Assembly (NCBI GenBank): GCA_001179505.1
Contig: CDMY01000571.1
Span: 1-64,000 of the forward strand
Source: Vitrella brassicaformis CCMP3155
Lineage: Eukaryota; Protista; Chromerida
Length of the DNA: 64,000 nucleotides
Direction of reading: 5' to 3'
Below are positions 26,301-40,292 of this stretch, piece by piece. The translations under genes and the position numbers were made by a program. The notes below the pieces were generated by a model. The model saw only the letters and a program-made list of their open reading frames with translations, was not told the DNA's origin and searched no databases. Each line of letters starts with the position of its first letter. The first letter of the stretch is position 1.

Positions 26301-28480
26301 TCGGCCCGGCGGGACGCGGAGGAGCACAGGCTGGCCGCCATCGCATCAAAGGAGCAGCTAACCGATCACCTGAAGAAGTAGCCAAGCACACAACAATAAA
26401 TGGTGTGGCAGGCATTTTAGCGATTGGCCTTTGTGCTGTTAACACAGGGCCGACTTTCAGCTGACGGAGTTGCAGGGTGAGCTGTCTCGCGCCAAGAGCG
26501 AGAACGTCTCCCTGCAGGCCCAGCTGGAGACGCTCCGCTCCTACGTCAAGACACGCGCCGAGGCGCAGAGCCCCACCGTTCTGCAGAAGTCCATCGACGA
26601 CCGCAAGGAGGTGCAGGCGGCCGAGAGGGCCGCTGAGCTCCAGAGGGCACGCGACGAAAACGTGCAGCTCAGGAGACGGATTGAAGACCTCGTGAGCGAA
26701 GCGAGATAGGCACAACCAGACATTGGTGTCTGCTGCTCACCTGTTTGGTCGTCCGTCCGTCTACTGGCATACATGCAGGAGACGCACAACGAGCGGTTGC
26801 GCTACGTAGTGGACGCCAACCAGCAGAATCTGGACAAGATCACCTCACCCAAACTGGGAGATCGGGACACTGTCGGACAGACCGGAGAGGTCAGTCAGTC
26901 AGTCAGTCACTCAGTCAGTCAGTCAGTGGGCGGCAGGGAGGGAGGGAGGGAGGGCTAGGCTGCCTTCCCATCATCATCCATCGCCCTGTGTTTGCTCATG
27001 AATCGGTCAGGTTGCCCGCTTGGCTGCCTTGTTGTCCCGCAAGGAGAAGCAGGTCGCCGACATGCTCTCTGAGAAATCCAGGATACAGTGCCAGCTGGTG
27101 GTAAGATAGATAAGGCAAGCAATGTGCCCCTCTCGGGAGGCGCGGCTGGAGACGTACGTGCGTGGTGCACATCAGGAGAAGACCGCCGAATGTGAGCGTC
27201 TGCGCCGCCAGTTGGAGGCGCAACAGCACAGCCTATCAACCATGGTAGGCTGCCACACTGTCTGTCAATGGATGGCTTTCTTTGCCACCGAAGGCATCCC
27301 TTCCTCCCTCCCTCCCTCCCTCCTGCCACACTGTGTGCAGGAGCTGCATGAGAAGAATGTTGAGTGTCAGCAGCTGAGGAACCAAGTGGACAGCCTCAAG
27401 GAAGAAGTGGAACGACTGCATGTATGTGGACACACACACACACACATGCGCACACACGCACACACGTGTGCATTCTCTCTCTCTCTCTCTCTCTCTGTCT
27501 CGTGTGTGTGTGTGCGCCTCTGTGTGTCTCTTGTACAGGGCGATCGCATGAGGCTGATGGACATCAGCAACCAGCTGCGCGCCGAGCTGAAGCGGGTGCT
27601 CCGTGCCCAGGAGGAGATGGGCACCTCCGCCGCCACACAGCCCCAAGCCCCCCTGCCTGGCGTGTCGTCTCCTGGCTTCGTGATGCCCCCTCCCGCCTAC
27701 CAGCCGTCATCCTACCCCCCCTACCCATACAGCCCGCCACACACATCAAACAAGTACGCAGGATGGTCGGTCGTAGTAGACACACCCATCCCACACATGG
27801 AATGTGTGTACCGCTTGTGTGCTCCGGCAGGCTGCAGCAGAAGATCGAGGAGTGGGCTCAACCAACATACACCAACATACACACATGACATGTCTTGTCG
27901 TGTGATGGTTTCTCCTTCCCCCTCGGGGGCCTGTCTGGCTGTCCGTCAGGTTTCAGAAGTCGCTGTCTGCTCTTCAGGAGACCATCGACGTCGCGCCCAT
28001 CTCACGATCCAAACGGACAGGCACACAATGCTGCATGCCGTGTCTCTCACTACTGCCACCATCACGTGTGTATCCGTGTCTCCCTCCCTCCCTCCCTCCC
28101 TCGCTCCCTCCCTCCCTCTGTAGGTGCCCGCATGTATCCCACGGTTGGTACTGAGGAGGACGACGCCGACGCCTCGCCCCTGCCGCGAAGCAAGGCCAAT
28201 GGGCGAAAGGGCCGCAGAGCCATCGATGTTGCCCTGCCACCCACACAGACACCCAGCCCCGCTCGCAGACTGACGGGTGCCGCAGCTAGCGGCCCTTCAT
28301 CCTCCTCACGCGCCAAGTCTGCGGGCAGGACGCGACCCAGGGGTCCCTCCGACTACGTACGAGTCTGTCATATGTATAAGGCACACAAGGCTTCCGTGTG
28401 AGCGCATCTGGGGTTTGTTGTGTCTCTCTCTGCTCGCTGCGTGTCGGGTGCAGACGGTGCCTGGCGGGCGGCCTTTCTGA
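23392..28480 (+). CDS. Long multi-exon coiled-coil protein (centrosome or cytoskeleton-like)
   Basis: Many E/K/Q/R-rich heptad exons joined by GT-AG introns (e.g. ELEETLAERDDEIERLQ, RLMDISNQLRAELKRVL). A Pro-rich tail ends TVPGGRPF-stop. The start is inferred from a phase-0 splice (MSHSPTRPSLAR|VGT). A resemblance to CCDC57 is only a guess. Confidence 0.75.
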
Positions 28481-28773
28481 TTGATTGCCTGGACGAGAGC
28501 AAGGCTGGCTGTTTACAAGTATGGGCTGGTTGATCCCATTGCACTGCATGGACGAGCGTCGATCACTGCTTGAGTGAATGAGCGGATAAATGGGACAGAC
28601 AGACAGACGAGTCGATCTGCCTCTACCAAACGCCATGTGACCTCAATCATCATACGCACATGCTCCTCGGCCGGTTGATCCAAACAACACGCAATCGCGT
28701 CTCTCGTGTGTGTACACACACGCACACACTCCTGTGTGTGTCACAACGACACAAAAAGAAGCCATTTAGCTAG

Positions 28774-31700
28774 CTATAGATCCTCCCACGACTCGACGGC
28801 TGGGCTCTCATCCCGTGGGGCCTCTCTGTCTCTGCTGGTCTGCCTTTCGCCTTTCTTGTCCTCTGCCTGCGCACTCCTCACCGCCCCTTGTGTGGCACCG
28901 TCCCTCGCTGCACTCTCCCCGTCCGGGGGCGGCGGCTCGGCGGCCTGCGGCGACGCACTGGGGGCCTGCGCTGGCAGACTGGGGATCTGACAGTTAGAAC
29001 CGCAGAGCAGAGCAAGCACATACAGACAGTGTGGCGAAATGGATGAGATGAGTGTGTCATTCATCTGACCGACCTCGACTCGCAGGCTAGTGAACGGGTG
29101 TGACTTGGTCTTCAGGTGGCGCATCGCTGCCTGAACACACATAAAGAAACACACAACTCGGGTGTGCGTGCCGGTATGTTCGTGTGCGTGGCGTGGGTCG
29201 TACCCCCCCGGTACGGTACCCACCTGAGCGGCTGAAGGCACGAGGAACTCGGCGTACATGGTGTCGCCCTCTGCCCGGACCCGCAAGTCGCCCCTGAACG
29301 GCTCCAGCAGGTCGCTCAGCGTCTTGACTGTCGTACGCCGATCCACGTGGAAGAAGACTATACGTGGAACCAGCTGGCCGAACCGAATCACGTTCTTCTG
29401 CAGTTGACACAAGGACAGACAAGGGCCCCACACACATGCACACACATGGATGCTCAAAACACGTACGTCCATCCGTCAATTTCCTCACCTTCTTGAAGCC
29501 AGTTAGAGGACGGGCAATGGCGCCCAATGGAGGAGTGCGATCAACAACCACTGAGCAGAGTCAACAAGTCAACACAGAAGGAAGGCTCCTTCTTCTCCCT
29601 CCGTGGCCCTCGCTCTCGTGGCTCTCTCACCCACACGCACGCACCTGACAGAAGTGGGTTGGGTACCCTCGACAGCCTTCCATCGAACATCACCACTGGG
29701 TGGGCATGGTTGTCGTCCCCGTCTTTGGCCGTGTGCACTGCGAGCCCGTAGTGCAGCTCCGCATAAGACTGGATGAACTGCCGACGACGGCCGTCGCAGG
29801 GGGCCAGGTGCATGCCCGAATGGCGCGTTTTGACGACCATGTCGAGCTTGGCCTCGATGCCCTCCAGATAACGGCGGAAGAATCTCCCTTCCTCCACCAG
29901 ATCGTCCACGTAGAACTCCTCCTGCACTGGCTCGTCTTTGCGAAAGGCTGACGCCAACCGGCGGGCGCGGTCTGCCTCACCACACGCATCCTCGCACGGC
30001 AGCTTCGGCAACTCACCTGACAAGACAACGTCAAATGCAGCACATAGCTGTCGGCGAGTGAGTATGTGTATGTGTGTGTTGGTGGTGTCTGTGACCTCTT
30101 CTGGGGTCGGCTGAGCAGCCGCCACACGGCACCTCCCTCTTGAGATGGCCGCACCGGCACTGCAGCTGCACCTTCACCGGACAGGGCACATCGGGGCAGG
30201 GCGAGCTGCCGTGACACGTAGCCTGCATGGTAAGCATGCACACACATACAGACCACCTTGCAATGCCTCCCTCCCCACGTGTGGCGCTCGCTCGCCTCGC
30301 AAAGGTGTTCGCAGTGCAGCCTCAGCTTGCCACACTTGTGATTGCAGGGCGGGCAGGGCGGCGCGTGGCACGTCCGAGTGCATTGGTGCTTCCCACAAGC
30401 GAGCGTCTTCTGGCATAGCCGACCACACGAGACCTTCTCGCTCCTGACGAAACACGGCACGTTGGGCTTGACCACGTGGCCCCCGGCGCACATTTTCTCG
30501 GTCAACACAGCACACGGCGGACAGTCGCCGAAGTGGCATGTCGACTGCATTGTTCACACACCACACACGACAGAGCAACAAATGTCACGTGAGGTGTCGA
30601 ATATCCACATGCCCATTCTTCTCGTACCTGACACTGGTGGCCACAATCAAGAATCTTTGTACACGGCAGGGTGCAGTCGGGTGGCTTGGTGCCGCAGGGG
30701 AGTGGGGGCTCCAGGGCCGTCCGCCCGCACGCACACGTCAGCGGCTCGCGAAGGGTGATGGGACACGGCGGACAATTCCCCAAGTGGCAGAAGTTGGTGC
30801 ACCGATGGCCTTCCACGCCGCAGCTGAGCGGCTTGCCACACACTAGCAGGCAGAGGTGTTCCTCAACGAGCACGTCCGAGGGCGTGTTGTATGCCGGGCA
30901 GCACACGACGGTGCACCTGTGGCGGCCGCACGACTTGCGCCGCTTGCACTCGAGGTTGCAGATGTACGGGCCCTTCTCCGCCTCACTGCATGTCGTCCTG
31001 CGCGACTTGCGCCCGCAACGACAATCCTACACCAACACACACACACAGAGAGAGAGAGATGGCAGGTGCTGTGTTGGTCTGCTGGCGTCCTCCCTCCACC
31101 CCCTCAGTGACTGACCTGTTTGACCTCAAATGAGCAGGGAGGGCAAGGGCCCTCATGGCAGAGTGCCGTGCAGCCGTGCCCACACTCCCTCAGCCGACCG
31201 CACACCTCGCCACACGTCGGGATGGGGGCCGTGCAGTCGACCCGTGCCGCCCTCTCATCGCTGGTCAGTCGCCTCTTGCCGCACGGGCAGGTGACGACCC
31301 GGCTGGGGCTCCATGGGCACGGGAAACACATCCCGCCATGGCACGTCCGCCGACACGTGTGCTTGCCGCAATCGAGAGGCTGGAAGGAAGAGACAACAGA
31401 CAGACGGAAGATCTTCGTTCGTTAGTGCGTGTCAGTCATTTGTTGCGTGCCGCCGTTGGTTGTGGTGGTCACCCACCCCCCCACCCACCCACCTTGCCGC
31501 AGACCTCTCCGCAGCTGAATTTGGGTGCAGGGCATGGCCGTGGCTCGGTGACCTTGCCGCAGTGACACGTCTGCTCATCCATCTCGCCACACGGCCCACA
31601 CGCACCCGGATGGCACTCCTACACACACACATATGTGGCAGTGTTTGTTCTAGTGCTCTTCTCTCTCTCGTCCGTGCGCACCTTCTGGCATTGGTGTATC

Positions 31701-32974
31701 CCGCAGTTGAGGGTCTTGCGACACTGCTCCCGGCAGCTGAAAGGCTCCACGTCGCCGCAGAGCTTCTGCACTCCCGTCCTGCCGCAGTGGCAGCGGATGA
31801 CCAGGCCCATCGCAGTGCATGGCGGACACGGTCCAGGGTGACATCTGGACACCATTCACCACACCATCACAAACACGCAGTGCACGTGTGTTCCTTTCTG
31901 CGTCCACTTTGTCGCTTGCGTACATCAGAGGGCCTGAGCAAGGCAGAGCAGCAAGGCAGCGTGTGTGTGTAAGTGCGCACACAGCTGATCTGACATGTCC
32001 GGCGGCAGCGTTGCTTACATGGGTGTGGGCAGGCGCCGACGTTGTTGCCTCCGGTGCTGGGTGGTGCCCCGCTCTGTGACGCCGGAGTCCTCCTCCTGGA
32101 GCACGGCTCGCCGCACGAATGGGGGCACTGCGAGAAGTCAACTGGAGGAGGATTCTGGTGCACAGACAGACATCACACAGTGCACAACAGCAAGCAGTGG
32201 CCATTCCTCGGCTGGTTTAGTCACCCAACCCACCCCACCAACCTTGCACCGTCCACAGAAGCACTCGTACTGGGGCAGCTTGTCAGCCAGGTGGATGTAC
32301 TGACACTGACGTCAACGAACCAACCAACCAACCATCACACACACACGGACAACAGCCAGGAGTCAGACTGTTGCCACACTCAAGCGAGAGTGCACTCACT
32401 CACTCCCTCACCGCCGGGCATCGCCAGTCGAGTGTTTCTGTGCCGTGGTCGGTGTTGGACTTGCGTATCCAGCTGTGGATGCACCGCAGGTGGAACATCG
32501 CAAAACACGACGGGCAGCTCCAAATGGCCGTGTGCCTACACACACACACACACACCACATCCAAGACAGACAGCCGTTTTGTCTCCTCTTCCACCCACCC
32601 CACCCCTCGGCCGACCTGCCGACACGACCCATGCAGATCATGCAGTCGTAGTTGCCCTTCTTGAGCAGGCGAGTCAGCCGCTCTGTCAGCTGACTCCCGC
32701 CAGCTGGCAAGTCCTGATCCTCTGTTTCTCCTGCTGCGGGAGGTGTGACGACCCTGTTTGGCCGATGGTTGTCCCTCCTGCCTCCTTGTCCGCGGCCATG
32801 GCGCCCGCCTCGATGCTCAGACGGTGCCGGTTGGCTCGACGAGGTTGATGAAGGGACGTATGGAGGGATCTCACCTTCAGCACTCCCTGCCTGCCGCGAA
32901 GTCCCTGGCTGCCGCTGTTCCTGCCGGGGTCGCCAGACGGCGGCGCTCTGGCCCTTCGGGCGCCACGACTTCAT
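28774..32974 (-). CDS. NFX1: NF-X1-type zinc finger protein with RING/PHD, R3H domain and a C-terminal RRM-like domain
   Basis: YDCMIC...WSCPSCFAMFHLRCIHSW...WRCPAC forms the RING/PHD. There are repeated CGxHxCxxxCHxGxCxxC NF-X1 motifs, an R3H-like segment (RRQFIQSYAELHYGLAVH) and a C-terminal alpha/beta segment, ending VESWEDL-stop. Confidence 0.9.
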
Positions 32975-33235
32975 CCCAAAGAACCGCCGAATGCTCTGAT
33001 CGCCTCCCTATTCTAAGCTCGCAGACGCACGACGAAAATGATGCGAAGGAAACCCCCCAAACTGCACGAGAGTGGCACACAGGCGATGCCTCAGTCGGCT
33101 TCTTCGTGCCGCTGTGTGCCGCTGAGGTCACTTTTTCGGAGGGGCCGGGGGAAGGACCTCGACAAATCGTCACAAAACGGGCAAGCCCCCGAGCCAATCA
33201 GGTGAGGATGGGAGGGATGCAGCCAGGGGGAGGCA

Positions 33236-35385
33236 TTGGACACAGCAGAAACCGCCCCCACTCGCTCCACAGCTGCCCAGAGGAGCTGGGGCCGGCTGAG
33301 CACCTCTGGACGGGCGATGCGTGTCTGTGGTGCTTTCAGTCACCCCGTGGTGGTCCAGGAGGCCCTGGTTGAGGACCAGGCGCCCGCTGAGCCGGCAAGG
33401 ACCTATCTGCAGCCACCCAAGGCCCCTATTGCGTCGCCCACACCGTCTCCTCCTTCTGAGGACATCGGCCTCACCCTTCCCCTGCCTGACTCGCCCATCC
33501 TGCCACCGGCATTCAACGTGCCCTTGGAGCGCTTGCCAGACCAGGACATACTCGATGAGCCCGCCGACGAGGCTGCCGTGGCTGCAGCTGGGGAGGAGGA
33601 CCAGCCCCACCTGCGGCTCGATGACATGGAGCCGCCATCGCAGCTGCTGATGCTGGGAGAGGAGCGCATTGTGGAGCTCACTGGCCTGCTGGACTCAGGA
33701 AGGCTTGACGACCTGCTGGAGGAGGGGGGCCTGCCCTCTTCGCCGCACGAGACCACCCCGCCCAAGCCTGCCTCACCGCAGCCCTCCCTCTCGCCCTCTC
33801 GAGTGAACTTCATCGCCGGCGGTGTCGGCAAGGCATTGGACGACGACCTCCTCAGCAACGGGACCTTCCTGGACAACGTCGAGGAGGAAGAGCCGCCCCA
33901 GGCCACGCCCGTCATGGTCATCCCCCCGCTCTCGCCCACATCCACACCCGAGATGCGACGGCTAGAGGCATCGCAGCAAAACCGCCAGGCCGCTGGCGCG
34001 GCCGCAGAGGAGGCAGCGGGCGACGCGACGCGGCAGCGCAAGAGAAGAGACCACCTCAAGGACTTCCGGGATGGCTGGCAGCGGTTCGTCAAGCGGGGCC
34101 GGGAGATGATGACGCCCGCCAAGGTGCGGCAGAGATCCAAGCGCCCAGCCAAGGACAGAGCGGCCGATGCGTCAGCAGGAGGCGGCGAGGCGGCAAAGGC
34201 TCACCCTCGTCAGGCGTCCATCTGGGACTTCCTCGCCGGCCGCTCCTACACCCAATCGCTGAGCTCGTCCAACTCTCGCCCCGGCGTGTGCTGGTCCATG
34301 TTCGTGCACAACGACAGCCCGCCGCCCGACACAGGCGAGGAGAACTTCGACCGCACCGCCCACACACAGTACTACGACAAGGCAGAGGAGCCTTCCCACA
34401 GTTTGTTCCTCCACACCGAGGCCGTCAAGCTCAAGAGAGAGGAGGCGACCAGTGCGGCCGAGCCCGCCTCACCTGCTGCCGCCGACAGGACGGCGCCGTT
34501 GGAGGCCATGAGCGACGGCAGCCCGCGCGACAGTGAGACGGGTGGCTTCATCCGGTGCTTCTCGCGCGTCCGCCGCAAGTCGTCGGGGACCTTCACTGAG
34601 CGGGGGTCATCCCGGGACATCCGAGATGGCTCGGGGGTGGGGCTGGGAGTGGGCCTGGGGGTGGGGGATTCGCCCGGCAGGCAGCCACATGCCAATGACC
34701 CGTTGCGTGGTTTTTTGGCGTCGCTGCCCGACTTGGAGTCGTTGACGCCGCGACAGGTGGTTAACCACCTGGAGGACATCAAGAAGGAGGTCAGCCAACC
34801 GGCCTGGCCTGCTCGTGGATGGACTGACTGGTTCAGTCAGTCCGCGGCACTCCACTCCCTGTGCTTGTGTATGTGTGTGCGTGTGATTTGATTCAGTTTT
34901 TGAGTCACTATGAGGCCGAGAAAGGGCTGACGGCAGATAGACTTTATGGTCTTCTGATCAAGAGAGTGGTGAGTGAGACCACGCACGCTGAAGCACCCAC
35001 CGATGTGCCTGCCTGCCGGCCAGCATGTCATGGCACGTGTGTGTGATTGTGATGCTGCTGATGGTGTCTGTCGTGTCTGTCGGTTTGTTGGTTGACCAGG
35101 AGGGGGCACAGGCGCTGGCGGACAAGCAGCGGGTGGGTGGGTGTGGGTGGGAGGGATGGAGGGAACAGACAGATGGCATACAGACAGACACATAGAGCTC
35201 ATATGGATGGATCCCTGTGTGTGTTGTGGTCATGTTGTGTGTGCGCTGTCCACCCCGCCCATCCATCTACTGAGCTCAGTGGCTGGAGCCTGAGAAGGAC
35301 AAGTTGAATGAGTGGATCGAGACTTTCAGGAGCGAGCCAATCCTGAAACTGGCGGAGCGCAAGGTGGGTGAACCATCCACACGCA

Positions 35386-35439
<54 letters not shown>

Positions 35440-37627
35440 TACTGACGCACAGATGCGTCAGTCTATCTGTCTGTCTGTGTGTTTCTCTGTGTACGTATGT
35501 ACAGTTTCAGGTATGGGACATGTCAGTCGACCACTACAAACTCATGAAGCGCATGGAACCCACCGAGGAAAACAGAAAGGTGGGTGCACAAACCTCACAC
35601 ACACACACACATACACGGCATCGCTTGTGTCTGTGTGTGTGTGCCTTCTAGGGTGTGGACATCGACCCCAACGACTGGTCTCAGCTGGAGCCCATCCTGC
35701 GGCTGGCCGAGAACCCCGACGAGCAGCCCGTCTACCCCAAGCCAGAACCAACTAACGACCCACAGTCGCCGCAGCACCACCATGGCAGAGGCCACCGGCA
35801 CCACAAGCGCGGCTTTGGGTTAACGCACAAACAGCGCACTCGGGGAGGGCCGACCTCGCCAGAGGCGCAGCACAACCTCACACTCGAGGAACTGCAGGAG
35901 AAATATGTAAGGGGACATACAGACACACAGGTCAGACACACACGCCTGTATGTGTCTCCCTCTGTGTGTGTGGGTGTGGTTCGTTCGTTCGGTTCAGCCC
36001 GCTCACGCCTGGACCGAGTCCATCGGCAACAAACAGAGGAAGTTTCATTACAGGTGAGTGAGGTGAGTCAGGGGGCGGGCCGCAATCGACACACACATGT
36101 GCGGCTTGCCTGTGTGTCTGTGTGTCTGTCTGTCAGGTACCGTCCTGAGCCGGACCGTTCGGTGACGACGATCTGCAAGGGGTTCATTCCCAAGAACACC
36201 TACGACGTCGTCCAGATCATCAACGACAAACAGGAGCAGTGGGCGCCATTCTGCCACCGTGCCAGAAAGGTGAGTGGAGTGGGCAGAAGGCACTGCACTT
36301 GCCGTGGGGCGAAGATTGGAAGGTGACAACGGGTGTGTGTGTGCAGTTGAAGAGTCTGGATCGGGTGACGCAGGTGATCCAGCAGCTGTATAAGCTGCCC
36401 TGGCCGCTCAACAATGTGAGCGACCTCAATCCATCAACCAACCAACCAACCAACAACCACCTGTATGCTTCACCCCGTGTGTGTGTGCCGTGTGCCTGCA
36501 GAGGGACACCATCATCTTTGGCTACGGCAACGACGCTCTTGATGAGCTGGTACGACTACACACACATACACACAGCAGCAGTGCGGAAGCGGCCACGTGT
36601 GTGAGAGTGTGTGTGTGTGTGTGTGGTTATCGCTTCAGAACACTCTGGTTCTGGTGTGCGTCAGCCCTGACGAATGGGTCGACAAGGTGAGCAGAGCAGA
36701 GCAGGGCTGTGCATTGCACCGCAACCCTCGTCTCTCTTTCTGTCTTGTCGTCCAGGAGACCAACATGTTCCACGGCGTGCACGTGCCGCCGGAGGGCAAG
36801 GCCATGCCCCGCGTGCCCATCCGGTCACTGCTATTCTTCCTCAAACCTGTGAGCAACACACAACACAACTGCTGCAGCAATGGATGGATGGATGGATGGA
36901 TTGCTGGCTTTATGATGTGTGTGTGTGCTCTCCATTCATGTGTGTCCACAGTGTGGGCCTGACGGCACCATTTTGGAGGTGTATTCCAACGTCGACCCCG
37001 GCATCTCGCACGTCCCCATGTTCATCATCACCGAGATCACCAGACGGGTAAGGGAAGTGACTGACGTGAGGGGGGNNNNNNNNNNNNNNNNNNNNNNNNN
37101 NNNNNNNNNNNNNNNNNNNNNNNNNNNNNNNNNNNNNNNNNNNNNNNNNNNNNNNNNNNNNNNNNNNNNNNNNNNNNNNNNNNNNNNNNNNNNNNNNNNN
37201 NNNNNNNNNNNNNNNNNNNNNNNNNNNNNNNNNNNNNNNNNNNNNNNNNNNNNNNNNNNNNNNNNNNNNNNNNNNNNNNNNNNNNNNNNNNNNNNNNNNN
37301 NNNNNNNNNNNNNNNNNNNNNNNNNNNNNNNNNNNNNNNNNNNNNNNNNNNNNNNNNNNNNNNNNNNNNNNNNNNGGGGGGGGGGGGGGGGGGGGTAGAT
37401 AACTAACGCATCAGTCAGTCAGTGAGTAGGCCAACAGAGAGGGAGAGAGAACACTCCGTGACTGCCTGTCTGTCTGTCTGGTCTTGCAGATCGTTGTCCG
37501 CATGTTCAAACACATCATCGAGGCCTGCAAAACCTTCAAGGTATACGTCAACATCCTCACACCATGACGAGTGCGGCTCTGCCCGCTCCCGCAACCGCCT
37601 AAGGGTCTCTCTCTGTCTCTCTCTCTG

Positions 37628-37674
<47 letters not shown>

Positions 37675-37816
37675 CCCGTTGACCACTGAACGGTTCCATC
37701 AGGGTGAGAGCAACCCCCAGTTGGAGTTCCTGAGGGCTCGGCTGGCTGACGTGGTGGAGCGCAAGGGCAGACCCCCTCCCCTCAAACACAATGAGCCTGC
37801 CGCAGAGGGGGGCTGA
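33236..37816 (+). CDS. START-like lipid-binding domain protein with a long disordered N-terminus
   Basis: A 1.55-kb acidic/Pro-rich first exon is followed by small exons encoding a START-like fold: QWAPFC, YKLPWPLNN|RDTIIFGYG, EVYSNVDPGISHVPMFII...RMFK. The 37076-37375 gap lies inside an intron whose flanking exons join in phase. Confidence 0.75.
37076..37375. other. Assembly gap (300 N) flanked by poly-G
   Basis: N run with G homopolymers on both sides. Confidence 0.99.
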
Positions 37817-38815
37817 CCGACTCACCCACTGACCTAGGTGGATGGACTACAGATGGAGGCAACGGTCGAAAGGGGGTAGGGGGAGGGTGGGAGGGGGTTT
37901 GCTGCTTTGTCAATGGGGGCCGTGGGTTTTGCTGCGGTTTTTGCTGGCTGCGTGTGAGGGAGGGAAGGAGCGATTGAAGGGCCAACCAACCAAGCAACGG
38001 CGTCCAGAGCGCCGTTTATGTGTGAGCAAGCGAGTGGAGGGGAGAGCTCGTGAGTGAGACTTCTTTGGCGACTGCATGAAGGATACGCACAAACAAGTGC
38101 GTGGCGTGGCGTGGCGTGGTGGATGGTGTGCGGTTTGGTGTGATGTGGTGGGCTGCCGTTTTTTTTCAAATTCTGCGGGTCTGTGGAGGGCCGGGTGAAC
38201 CATTCACCCCCCCTTCCTTACTAACCCACTTGGCACGTTTGTATGCGCCATGAAGGGCTCGGCTTACTCGGCTCAGTCGTGGCGTCGCCAAGTCTCTTTT
38301 TTCGCCCGCCACTGATAAACTCTCTCTCTCTCTCTCTCTCTGCCTTAGTCTAGTCCAATCTAGTTGCTGTGCCGTGGGAGTGTTTTTGTAGTCTGACTGC
38401 CTGCGTGTGTGTGTGTGTGTGTGTTACGCTCTGCTAGGCAACGTCCCTATAGAATGGCTGGCTGTCTTGCTGTGTTTGGCTGGCTGGCTGGCTGGCTGGC
38501 TGTTTGTTTGTGTGGCCGCTTGCTCCCATCCTGACTGACTGACTGACCGGCAAACATACTGACTGTATCCTGACAGGTCCGACAGACTCTTTCCTGGCTT
38601 GACCTTTGGCTGATAGACCGACAGACGGCTCCCTGTTAGTTCACTGACCGGCATTGACCGTACACACACGAAGCCAACACGTCAACGGCATGCACATGTC
38701 GTGTGCACACCCACACACCGAGAAAGGCTGGAGAAAAGGTCCGAGAAACCCATTCCACACCACACTACCAAAACCAAGGAGAAGTCACCCACTCCCTCCC
38801 CCCTCCCTCCCTCAT

Positions 38816-40261
38816 TCAGGCGTATTTGACTTTGTCTAGAACACTTTTGAGCATATCGACCTCCACCGACACGTCGAGTGGCAGCTCGTGCGGGTCGACC
38901 TCGGCCCCCGTGGGCTTGTTGCGCTCGGCCTCCCGCCGGCTGGCCAGGTGGTGCCGCTGACACTGACCCAGGTACTGCAGCCGGCCCTCCACTGCCTGGA
39001 TGCCAAGAGACGGATCACGGTTTGCACACATGAATGGGATGCGGTGGCTGTGGTTGCTCACCCACCTCACCTGTTTGATGATGGGCAGCTGCTTGGTCTG
39101 CTGCAGGACATCTCTGCACACGGACACACACAAATGGATGGAAGCGCTCCCCGCGACGAGTGGGTGGCTGACCTGTGCGTCGCCACCAGCGCTTCCAGGA
39201 AGCCAGCGATGACCTCACCGTACTCCAATCCTGATTGGTCGACGTTACGGTCGCCAAGGCACGACTGCACGGCCAGCGACACATCGCTACTCCCTACCTG
39301 AAGCAACCCAGCCAACCATACGCACATCAATCACAGACCCGCACTTGTCGACTCTGTCTGTCTGTCGGTACGTCCGCATCGCCGTATTCACGTACGTACT
39401 TGTTGCGGCGGCACTCTCTGCTCGTGCACCAGATGCCTCGCGAGGGAGGCGGCCTTCTGGCTGTCCTGCAGCCAGCCAGCCGGGACACACACACACACCA
39501 AGGTCACTCACGTCCATATCTCTGTCTGTGTGACATGACATGTGTGTGGGATCTCTCACCCTGGGGTTGCCACTCGCGACTGCATGCATGAGGGTGGCGA
39601 AACCGTTGCGGTCGACCAGCATCTGAAGGTGCCAGGCAGACAAAACCAGCCAGCATGTACACACATGGCATTGCATGGCTGGCCTGGGTTGTTGTGCCGT
39701 TGGCTCCACCCACGCACCTTCTCTGCCCTTGGGAAGTGTCTGGTGAGTGCGGCCAGGGCGCTGAGGGCTCTGAAGCGCACCATGTCCTGGGAGTTGCTGT
39801 CGACGAGGGCGAGGAACTTATCCAGCCCGTTGCGGTTGCATGTGGCCTCCTGAATCTCAGGATTGTGCGCCAACAAAAGAGAAAATATCTGACGTACATT
39901 CACAGGCACAACACGTAACAAAGCGGCCATGCGCAGCCGCTCGTTCCCGTCCCCTCACTTCGCAACTTTTCTCCTGGACGTCATGGTTTTGGTGTGAGAG
40001 GCACCCGAGCAGCGGCTGCACACCGTCCAACCTGAACCAACCAAGGCATGCCCACATTCCCATCCTCTTGTCGCTCAGATGGCGAACGGACATGCATCAG
40101 CTTCTCCGTACTTTTCTATATTCCTGGCGGTCTCTGGGAAGTCGAGGCACCGCTCGAGGACGGCCAGTGCCGTCAGCACCTCCTCATCTGACAGACACAC
40201 ACGGGCACACACACGATCTGACCTGTCCCTGTCATTTATATGACCTGTCGGCCTGTCTGTG

Positions 40262-40292
<31 letters not shown>

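Noticed and set aside
37376-37395. Poly-G tract as a functional G-quadruplex element
   Set aside because: It abuts a scaffold gap and its length is unreliable. It is most simply a sequencing-resistant homopolymer.
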